A stretch of DNA of 62,419 nucleotides, filler included, from Aduncisulcus paluster (lineage: Eukaryota), in assembly GCA_024181965.1 (NCBI GenBank). It is 4 parts of 4 records of this genome, joined end to end, with 100 filler letters (N's around TTAATTAATTAA, not from the genome) between each part and the next. Parts side by side here need not be neighbours in the genome. Positions count along the whole stretch, not along the records: positions 41,000 to 55,266 come from BQXS01012655.1; positions 55,367 to 62,419 come from BQXS01012662.1; 2 more parts are not named here. The stretch is one strand, 5' to 3'. Every line of letters starts with the position of its first letter. Position 1 is the stretch's first letter. Shown here one piece after another: positions 46,696 to 56,406 of the stretch. The notes below the pieces were generated by a model, which searched no databases, was not told where the DNA came from, and saw only the letters and a program-made list of their open reading frames with translations. A program made the translations under genes and the position numbers.

Positions 46696-49600
46696 TCATT
46701 CAGATTTTGAATCAAAAACATCTGCCTCAATCGCATGAATAGATTGAAATAGAGTAGAAAGAGAAGAAGTTGATGATTTCTTTATCTTTTTCCCTTTCTT
46801 TTTCTTTGTATTCGTTTTAATTTTACCTTTGACAGAAATGACCAAGGAATCTTCGGAAGAATATCTTCTTTTCCCTTGTTGTTTCGTTTTCTGTTTACCA
46901 CTCATAATATCGCTGGATAATTTCGATATTTCAGAAGAAGAACTATGAGGGATTATCATTTGAGTTTTTTTTTTCCTTTCATCCAGAGGTATTGTAGATC
47001 CTCTAACATGGCCTTTCTTGTCTTCTACGGTTTCCTCTACAGTAGATTCTACTTCTTTCTCACCTCCAATTATAGGTTGAGAAAGTACAATTTTCTGATC
47101 CCTTTTTTTGGCAATCCATTCTTTCCAATATTTTCGTTGATTTTTCATTAATTTGGTATCTTCTATTTCCCTTTCGACTCTTCTCTTCTCTTTTTGTCAA
47201 CAAAGAAATATCGCCAGAATATTCTTGTTCTGAATAACTCTTTGATTTTGAGAGTGAAAAGACGGACAATGACTTTGATCCATCCCCATAGACTCCACTC
47301 CAAGATCCAACTCTTTCCCCCTTTTTCCCTTGAAGAATCTCATATTCGCTCATCTTTCCACTCGTTGAAGCTTGTTTCGAACGCTGTAATTCATTCTGTT
47401 TGCGTTTCTGAGCCACTAATTTAGCCCATTCCGCTTCTTCATCTATAAAACCGTCATGAAACATCGATTGATNNNNNNNNNNNNNNNNNNNNTCTCTTCT
47501 CTTCTCTTCTCTTTTTGTCAACAAAGAAATATCGCCAGAATATTCTTGTTCTGAATAACTCTTTGATTTTGAGAGTGAAAAGACGGACAATGACTTTGAT
47601 CCATCCCCATAGACTCCACTCCAAGATCCAACTCTTTCCCCCTTTTTCCCTTGAAGAATCTCATATTCGCTCATCTTTCCACTCGTTGAAGCTTGTTTCG
47701 AACGCTGTAATTCATTCTGTTTGCGTTTCTGAGCCACTAATTTAGCCCATTCCGCTTCTTCATCTATAAAACCGTCATGAAACATCGATTGATGAGTATT
47801 TTTACCACCCCTTTCTTTCCTTTTTTTCAGCTTCGAATGGAGAACAGAAACTGGATATGGCGAGGAAACAACAGAAACACTAACAGAGCTAACAAATCTA
47901 GGTATTTTGGCGTGTTTAACAGACCATGAAATATTCTTGTTTCCCATCCCTTTGTTTCTATATTTAGAAAATACATTCTCAAAACAACAACATGAATCCG
48001 ATATGTCAGGAGTAGAAGAATGATATTGGCAATACGATTCTGATTGGCAAGGGATAATCGAATGCGCAACTTTAAACCTATCATTTCCCTTGCTCTTCAG
48101 CTCAAAGAACATTCGCTTGGAGTTGACAAGAACACACATCCCTCCAAGCAGAGTGTCTCCATGAATGGCCTCCATCATACTCTCTCGCACCATCAATAAA
48201 CACGCCGGACTCAAAGAAATACGACTCAATAGGAAGGAAAGGGCTGATAATGAAGCAGGTGAAGAGAAAGAGAAGGAGGAGGAAGAAGAGGAAGAAGAGG
48301 AAGAAGAGGAAGAAGAATGACTTTCACAAAAGTACTTGGATATAATACGCTTTGCTCTTTTTAACTCCTGAGGAGATCTAAATTCAATTCGGCCAAGGCC
48401 AATATCCTCACAAATATAAACTGTTTTCCCTTCGGTATTGACAAAGGGAGAGACTTTGGACGAACAAGATAATATTTTTCTATATATAGATACCAAATCT
48501 AAAAATAGAGTTGGATGAGCGGAAGGGAATATTGCTTTCGGAGATGAAGGAACAGGAATCTTCTTGATGATTTCAAGATGAGAAGAATCACTACTAATAT
48601 CCTGAGATCGGGTTTTGAATTCTATTTTTGGAACTTTGAGATAGTATTGATTGCTCCCTTCAGTATCCATTTTCGATATTTCTGGGTGGAAATATGAAAA
48701 AGGGAGAAGACATAACAATCTGGCAATTGTTGAAGCCTTTAACAAATGGGGAGCAAGAGGAATGGGCAAAATGGATCCAGTGCCATCACCTTTTTGACTT
48801 TGGGAAGCCATCGTTTGTTGCATTTTGGCACGATATGACCATATTCTGTTCATTTCTGTCTGAACCATTTCAATTCCATGAAATATTTTAATTCTGACAC
48901 GAACAACAATTAATTCAAGTAAATATTGTTCCAACAAAGAGATATTTGATGATTTTGTAAGAGAAATGAGAGAAATGAGGTCAAATGAATCAACATAGAG
49001 AGCAGCTTGAAGAGAATGGGATACTCGGGGACTTGATAGGACTTCAATGGGTATCGTCTGAAGAAATGCCGATAGATTGTGTCTTTGGGATAATCGAACT
49101 AAAATCGCAAGGGAATAAATACTATCACGGTGAAGAATATCATCAAAGATGTTAAGGGCAAGTTTTTCAGTCTGAATATGTCTTGATATTTTAACATATC
49201 CATATAATAACGGATCTAAACATGAACAAAGATGCTTAAAGGTGAGCATAAGATGTAACCAGGGATCTGATGAAGAAGAGTAGAGCAACTGAGCTCGAAA
49301 GGTCATATACACATATGTTTGGACAACTAGTTCAAGACATCCACATGCTCTTATAAGATATTGAAGGGATAATATCGATTTGGGATTGATGTCGAGATGA
49401 TGAACACTCCCTGTCTCACAATGAATATGGGCAGCACAATCCAGACCAATTGCATGAAGTCTGTCTTCTGCAAATGGGAAAATGTCTTTAAATGGCCTTT
49501 TAGTGTTCTCAATTATTTCATGGATAAGATAACCCAAGGAATATTCTAATTGATATAAAGAGAGGATATTAGACTTATTTCCAATCAAAAATCCAGCTTC

Positions 49601-49762
49601 AGACCTTTTATATTTCTTCATAGTTCGATATGAATCGTGAGTTTGCTTAGATCCAGAGATATCACTCCCTCTTTCAGACCCAGCCAAAACTTCGAAATAA
49701 CTGAGACTATTATTCTCCTCACGCTCGAGAGATTCTATTTTTGAGCACATTTCGTACTCCAT
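46696..49762 (-). CDS. SAC3/GANP/THP3-like protein; apparent frameshift at an (AAGAG)n microsatellite near 47180
   Basis: MKKYKRSEAG...L..SLGYL...FAEDRLHAIGLD resembles the SAC3 domain; one extra 5-nt unit joins it to ORF 46696-47148. Confidence 0.65.
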
Positions 49763-49925
49763 ATTGGGAGTAACTATTTAGTTTTGGCTCCAAATCTTAA
49801 TTTCAAATTGGTGTGAACAAATAATGAAAAAACATGAATTTAAATAACTTTATTATATTAAAGGTTTTGTAAAATACAAAATAAAATGTTTTGATGTTCA
49901 TTGATTCAACATCAATGAGAAGAAC

Positions 49926-52900
49926 TCAGAGACCTTCATTAAGCACGTGAATATGACTGTCAAGAAGTTCAATTCCATAAGAAAATGAAATAATTCCCCT
50001 TTTACATCCATTGATACCCCATATATCATTCCAGACTCCATCTGACCATGTTTTACGAACAAGTTCTTCGAAAGTGCCAAAAGTCAGAGTGTGTGATACA
50101 TGTTCATCGGCATCAGAGGGAACTATTGATGAAAGATGGAAGGAATCTGAAGGATCATCGAGTGTAGACAGTCTAAATTCAGAGGATTGAGTTGCTGCTC
50201 CACTCTCCATGATTTCATTTTGTTCAAATGATTTCCAGATTCTTCGAAAGGGGGCCAACCATTCAACGTGTGAGTGCAAATGGAATGTCAGAATTGTGTG
50301 AATAAATGATTTATAGCTGATATTGTGTGATGCCGATGGTCTCCCGTCAGCTTGAGTTGTGTGGGTTGTCTTATGGACAAGGGAAGAAGAGTGAGGGTAT
50401 GAGGAAGAAGGGGATGGAGGTGTTTTGGCGGCAAGGGAGAAAGGGTGGTAGTGAGAAGAAGTGGAGGAAGAACGCAATACCGATGAAGCTGTACTCAAAC
50501 GTGTCGGGGAATGAGCAAACACTTGACGAGACGTCACAGAATCGTTGTGAACGTACGAACCGCCAATGCTTTTTTCTTCCTTGAATCTCCGACGACGATC
50601 GATCACATCATCAAGATCTTTCTCAATACGTTCTAAAACGAGAGCAGATACTTTCTCACCCTCTTTCTTTGAATAGATATGATTAACAATTTCTGACCAT
50701 TCCCTGTAACTTACAGACACGCCTCCTTTGCCAGATATCTTATTGTTGAAAATTTTCTCAATATCTTTGGCAGGGGCGAGTGGCTTCTTGGCTCTCACAA
50801 GAAGACGAAGGAGTTCTTGAACGGTTTTCTCGAGCTTTTCTTGAACTCGAGCATATCCAATATCAATAGATCCTTCAAGAATCATCTTCCACATCTCAAC
50901 ATATGCATCATCTTGATAAAACCTATTAATAGCCTTTGAGAAACTTCTAATCCATTTTAGAACCAATGATCTGCACCCGTATTTCTGGTTGAAGTAAGTG
51001 AAAATGAACGAAGCCAAGGGAGTTGCATGACGAACAGAGGGATTTAACGCCAGATAGGAGGTCATGATAGAGGTAAGAACACCCCTTAATAAAGGTAAAG
51101 AGGCTGCCAACGTGAGGGAAGGTTTCGTCTTTGAGGATGACGTTGAAGAACTCGACATCATAGACTTCTTACCGACAGAGAAGGTTGCAGAAGAAGAAGA
51201 GGGAGACTCTGGAGTACGAGAAGCAACAGCTTTCTTCTTATTCTTAGTAATTTGGGTCGTTATTGGGGTTGGGTGAGGACATACACTCAAGTCATGTGGA
51301 ATTGGATTGGCTGAAGTTGCATGGGGCGAACTCTGTGTGGATATAGGTCTTTCGTAACGCTCTCTGCCAACAGAAGAATCCTGAGAGGCAATAGGAAAGG
51401 CAGAATGAGAGGAAGACGGATCAGAAACTGGAGGAATAGAAGAAGAACTGGAGTTCGAGGTTGGCTTATATGGTTTAATGTCAGAATCTCGGGTTGGAGT
51501 GTGACGTTGACGCATCTTGGACATCCGCTCACTCATTCTGGTTGAGGACTTGTCATGTAAACTGGGTGAATGATATGATCTATTTTGGGATTCTTTTAGA
51601 GATTTTGAGAAAGTTGAGGAACTTATGTGTGAAGTTGGATTATCTGACATGTACACGCCTTGCAAGAGCTGCATTTGCTTAATCTGGCTTCTGAACAATT
51701 CATTCTCACTCTGCAGAGAAATGATTGTCTCCCTCAAAGCATGTGAAGACACCCTCCGACGAGAGCCACTGGTTCCATGGTGGCCAGTGGGTTGCTGGTG
51801 GTTTGAAGAAGTATCAGATCTGGTTGAGGGTTGAACAAGTGGAGTGGATGATGCTGAAAGATGAGATTGTTGCCGGAGAGATGGACCTGAAGCCTGTCTC
51901 ACAATCTTTTGTTGAGCTTCTCTCAACCTCTTTGCAAAAGTCTTCTCAGATTCATTTTCCCAGAGAATCTTTGCATCAGCAATAGCCTTATCAATAATAG
52001 TTTGATCAGGGATGATGGTGGAGGTCGAATTGGTACGAATCGGTTGTGTTGACAATGTGTGAATTTTCTCAGTTAGATCATGGATCTCACTCTTGTGGGA
52101 TGCTAATTCAGCCTTTACCCGATCAAGCAACTGAGTAGAAGTGTTGACAAGAGTAGTAACATGGGATATATCTTCTTTCTCAGTAACTAAATATAGCAAT
52201 TGAGAAATAGAAGCCAAACAGAGAGATAATTTATGAGCGGTTTGTGAAGAGGGAGTTTTAATCTCCTCTTGAACTTTCTTTTCCATTATGGACCCGATTG
52301 ATTCAGTTTGGTCTATTTTAAGACCCGTATGATCAACATTCCGAATAATATGAGCAAGATGTGATGCAAAACGCTTCAAATGAGGAGTAACTTCATGCTC
52401 AGCAACATCAGATAAAGAAGGAGAGGATTCGATGGGAGATTCTTTGGCTCCATGTGTAATAATTGGTTGGCCTTCTTCTAACTTTGTTGGAATTACATTA
52501 ATATCATCTATTATCTGTCGAGAATGACTCTTTTCTTCCTCTTCGCGGAGGGATGCTTCCTCTTCTTCTTCTTCAATCGGGTTTTCTTCTTCAACTACCA
52601 CTTCCTCCTCTTTCTCCTCTTCTACTTCTTCATATTCCTGAGATTCAGTCTCAGCATGTTCATCTACATGAGTAGGAGGTTTTTTAGCGTCCCATATCTG
52701 TTGTTCTGTCACAATTTCATCTTCAATTACTTTTGCAGCCTCTTCTACTATATCTTCCGAATCTTCGGTTTCATATTCATATTCAACCACTTCTCCGGTC
52801 TGCATATTCCACAATGAAGGCTTTTCAAAGGGTTTGTCATCCCCAGACACTGAAATATCATTCAACATCTCTAACGTGGGTAAATGGGCCCAAATATGAT

Positions 52901-53228
52901 CTTCATCGGAATCTGTGCCTGAATATTCAATAAATAAAGTTGTAAGCTTTGGTATTTTCTTTAAAATATCCACTAATTCGAGCAATTGTGATGAAGATAA
53001 AACAGGATTTTCTGATATGTCTAAAACCTCCAAATCAGGAAATAAAGACCCAAAATTCTTTGGAAGGGCGGTTATTTCATTCCTTCTAAAATACATTTGT
53101 CGGACAGTAACATGAATTCTGGACAATTCCGTAACAAGTTCTGCAAAAGCTGTATTATCCAATGAAGCATTATCAAATTGAAAAATTCCGGTTGATCGAT
53201 CAATAGTAATTTGATCTAAATAACCCAT
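49926..53228 (-). CDS. Protein with N-terminal leucine-rich repeats and a C-terminal TSNAXIP1-like helical domain
   Basis: LRR motifs MYFRRNEITALP and LEVLDISENP; FIFTYFNQKYG..SLV..W...F..AI..F...D..V...IL.G.ID. Confidence 0.7.
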   Translation of the reverse strand: MGYLDQITIDRSTGIFQFDNASLDNTAFAELVTELSRIHVTVRQMYFRRNEITALPKNFGSLFPDLEVLDISENPVLSSSQLLELVDILKKIPKLTTLFIEYSGTDSDEDHIWAHLPTLEMLNDISVSGDDKPFEKPSLWNMQTGEVVEYEYETEDSEDIVEEAAKVIEDEIVTEQQIWDAKKPPTHVDEHAETESQEYEEVEEEKEEEVVVEEENPIEEEEEEASLREEEEKSHSRQIIDDINVIPTKLEEGQPIITHGAKESPIESSPSLSDVAEHEVTPHLKRFASHLAHIIRNVDHTGLKIDQTESIGSIMEKKVQEEIKTPSSQTAHKLSLCLASISQLLYLVTEKEDISHVTTLVNTSTQLLDRVKAELASHKSEIHDLTEKIHTLSTQPIRTNSTSTIIPDQTIIDKAIADAKILWENESEKTFAKRLREAQQKIVRQASGPSLRQQSHLSASSTPLVQPSTRSDTSSNHQQPTGHHGTSGSRRRVSSHALRETIISLQSENELFRSQIKQMQLLQGVYMSDNPTSHISSSTFSKSLKESQNRSYHSPSLHDKSSTRMSERMSKMRQRHTPTRDSDIKPYKPTSNSSSSSIPPVSDPSSSHSAFPIASQDSSVGRERYERPISTQSSPHATSANPIPHDLSVCPHPTPITTQITKNKKKAVASRTPESPSSSSATFSVGKKSMMSSSSTSSSKTKPSLTLAASLPLLRGVLTSIMTSYLALNPSVRHATPLASFIFTYFNQKYGCRSLVLKWIRSFSKAINRFYQDDAYVEMWKMILEGSIDIGYARVQEKLEKTVQELLRLLVRAKKPLAPAKDIEKIFNNKISGKGGVSVSYREWSEIVNHIYSKKEGEKVSALVLERIEKDLDDVIDRRRRFKEEKSIGGSYVHNDSVTSRQVFAHSPTRLSTASSVLRSSSTSSHYHPFSLAAKTPPSPSSSYPHSSSLVHKTTHTTQADGRPSASHNISYKSFIHTILTFHLHSHVEWLAPFRRIWKSFEQNEIMESGAATQSSEFRLSTLDDPSDSFHLSSIVPSDADEHVSHTLTFGTFEELVRKTWSDGVWNDIWGINGCKRGIISFSYGIELLDSHIHVLNEGL

Positions 53229-53400
53229 GTTTGAGAAGTGTGCCAAAATATGCTGTTAAGTTTTTCTCCCGGTATAGTTCATTATTTTCAAAAATAAACA
53301 GATAAATTCCATTTAAAATTGATATTCAAGCAAAATCGTAATTAGTGAACCTGAAAAACTCTTACTGAACCCGAAATTGGGAAAATTTCTTTATTTTGTT

Positions 53401-54681
53401 ATGGAAGAGTTAAAAAAGGAACTTAAGGTATCTCGGGAGGAATCTGCATTTTTCCAGATCTCCCGAGACACCTTGGAAGGACTCTATAGTGCCTCTAAAA
53501 AGAGAGAAAAGGAGCTGGAAGCAAAAAACCGTTGTCTCCAACTTCAACTTGAGTCGTTATTGGAAAAACATGAAGTTGCCATAAAGGTATATCAACAACG
53601 GCTTAAGGACCTTATGTTTGGTCATAAGATAGAGACCACTCGTCTTAGGACTGAAAAAGAGAAAGCTCTCCAAGCTGATAGAGATATTCACGCTGCTGAT
53701 ATGGGTGTTATTTTGGAAGAGAAAAAAGCTCTTAGAGCAACCATTAGAGAAAAAGAATCAACTTCTCAAGAACAACTCCGTACCCAACAACAAGAGCAAG
53801 CCAAAACAATTAGTCTTCTTCGGTCCCAATATGAACGTGAATTGAGGGATGCCCAGGAAAGTTTCGGGCAAAAAACCAAAGAACTCCGTGAAGAATTAGA
53901 GATTAAGCGTAGAGCTGATATAAGAGAGGTTGAGGAAGGGAAGAATGCGCATATTGCTAAATTGATGGCTGAACATGACAAGGCCTTTGAAGAGATGAAG
54001 AAATATTACAATGACATTACTCACAATAACCTTGATCTCATTCGGTCATTGAAAGAGGAACTTGATGAAATGAGGAAGAGAGAAGCTGAAAATGAGAGAT
54101 TGATGTTCGAAATTTCTCAAGAAAATAGGCGTATGTCTGAACCTCTTCAGAAAGCTCTTAAAGAAGTGTCCGATCTCAGACGTCAGCTTGTGGACTATGA
54201 AAAGGATAAGCAATCATTAAAAGCTGCTAAAACTCGGGTATCCACCCTTGAAATGCAACTCAAATCTGCCTCTTGGGAACAAGAAGTCATCCGTGGTAAG
54301 TTTGATAAGTTGAAAGGAGAGCGTGATGAGCTACATGACAAGTTTAGTGATGCTGTGCTTGAAGCCGAACACCGCTCTGTTTTCCGTGAGCAACTTCTTG
54401 AGCGTCGTCTCCAGGCCGCTTCTGATGAACTTGAGAAGAAAGATGCACAATTGACGGAGGTTATCAGTATGGGATCTCATGATCCAGGTGATCTCAAGTC
54501 CAAGAGACAGCAGATTGAGGATATCCTCGATGGAAAGAATCGTGGAATTAGACAACTTCAATTTGAACTTGCAAGAGTCACCAAGCTCTATAATGAAGCT
54601 CTTGCTACCTTCCATGAGCGTCTCAGGGAACATGGAATTGCCACAGAGGAGCTTATGTTTAGACCATTAGAAATGAGATAA
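53401..54681 (+). CDS. GAS8: Nexin-dynein regulatory complex subunit 4 (GAS8/trypanin)
   Basis: REE..FFQ..RD, HEVAIKVYQQRLK.L, AFEEMKKYYNDITHNNLDLIRSLKE, ERDEL..KF. Confidence 0.95.
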   Translation: MEELKKELKVSREESAFFQISRDTLEGLYSASKKREKELEAKNRCLQLQLESLLEKHEVAIKVYQQRLKDLMFGHKIETTRLRTEKEKALQADRDIHAADMGVILEEKKALRATIREKESTSQEQLRTQQQEQAKTISLLRSQYERELRDAQESFGQKTKELREELEIKRRADIREVEEGKNAHIAKLMAEHDKAFEEMKKYYNDITHNNLDLIRSLKEELDEMRKREAENERLMFEISQENRRMSEPLQKALKEVSDLRRQLVDYEKDKQSLKAAKTRVSTLEMQLKSASWEQEVIRGKFDKLKGERDELHDKFSDAVLEAEHRSVFREQLLERRLQAASDELEKKDAQLTEVISMGSHDPGDLKSKRQQIEDILDGKNRGIRQLQFELARVTKLYNEALATFHERLREHGIATEELMFRPLEMR

Positions 54682-55266
54682 AATTCTCCCGTATCATTAT
54701 GTATATGAAATTATTTGTTTCGGCTTAATAAATAATAGCGTAGAAAACTCATTGAAAAATATTATATTTTTCTTGAATTGTGCTTATTTCGGTCGATACA
54801 AAATTGTCCCAAAATACCCTTCGATTTGCCAGACCAATACAATATATATTTTTTCTTTTTGTGCTAAAATTCGGAATATTTGGATCCATTATGTTCAACT
54901 ATCTGCATATCATAGTTATTTAACCGCTTTCTCAAATTTGTGTAATTGGATACCACCTGGGCCTTTCCAGCTTAAATTTGTTAAATTGTCCATGTTTATT
55001 TTATTTAATCAATCACAGTCTATTTCTCTTTTATTAACATTCTGTCAGAATACTATTCTTTCATAGTACAAAAAAAATTCCGAAATTAAATAATACTAAA
55101 CCTATCTTAATTTGAATGAAATCAATTGTCTACACTGTACAATATTTATAAATATGAGATAGAATGCATATTTCCAATTAAAAATGCATCACAAATTTCC
55201 CAAAAGGGACATTTTTTCTTCAGATTTTTCTTTATCCGTATCTTTTGAGACAAAAACCATCGAATC

Positions 55267-55366
55267 NNNNNNNNNNNNNNNNNNNNNNNNNNNNNNNNNN
55301 NNNNNNNNNNTTAATTAATTAANNNNNNNNNNNNNNNNNNNNNNNNNNNNNNNNNNNNNNNNNNNN
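55267..55366. other. Artificial scaffold linker
   Basis: N-run + TTAATTAATTAA + N-run. Confidence 0.97.
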
Positions 55367-55749
55367 ATAATACTCTTCATATCAAGGATTAGTTTGTCCT
55401 GAGCGCTTTGAGCATCGATACCTTTCTTAATTCCACAATGAAGAAAAGAAACCCACCTATCAGCAGCGTGCATTGTAACTGGATCATCTGGATTCGATGA
55501 TATAGCAGGAGGAATAGAAGATCGATCTCTTGGTGCAGAAGGGCCATTGAATGTTGATATAGGATGTTGCAACGGAATTGCTGTTGGGGCTTGTGGTGGC
55601 GAGAGGACTGGTGGCGTGATTTGTTGTCCACTTTGTGATAAATGATCATTCGTGGAAGGTTGAGAACTTGAATTTATAATAGACGATTGTCTTGGACTTC
55701 TTCTCGTGAGCGGCGTGGTTTCAGGTTGTGGATGCATAATATTTTGCAT
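55367..55749 (-). CDS. Hypothetical P/S/Q-rich protein, 3'-truncated at the scaffold edge
   Basis: ATG ORF running into the linker; more GC-rich than its flank. Confidence 0.5.
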
Positions 55750-56406
55750 AAAATATCGAAAAGAAAGAATTTAAATCAAACAGCTATCGAAAACATACAA
55801 GATTTCATAAAAGAATGCAAAAAAATAGTTTGGAAGTTTTTGCAAATTGATTCTTTCGAAAAATTAAAACTTGGTGAATTTTTTCTTTTTTTTTTTTTCA
55901 TAATCCAATTTAGAATGGTTGTATTTTGCATATACCAGATTCCTGGAATTAATTCGTTTGGATGAATGAGTTTTTCAAATGTAACAACAATATTTTACCG
56001 ATTTCACATATATGACATTTTTATTGGGGTTCAAAACAAATTGAAACATTTGTGAATGATGGTTTGAGATGCTCGATGGAGTTCATGACATTTTCCCGAC
56101 AAAACTTTGCCACCTGTGCTGGAGGGCCTCCATTTTTTCTTGGCTTATAAACAAATTGTATGTTTTCTATATGTTGCATCTTTTATTAAATGCATATTAA
56201 GAAATATTTTAACCGGATTCATTCAATTATACTAACTATATTGTGCTGTGTGGTCGTGTCTTGTTCGTTTTGTTCGTTTTGTTCGTTTAGTCTTTGTTTC
56301 TCGGACTGTTCTCCTTAAAATTCGCAATTATTCTGTTTGTTGACATTATCAGTTTAGTTTTGGCACTATCCAACACATCAAGATTCTATTTTATATTTCA
56401 AGAAAT

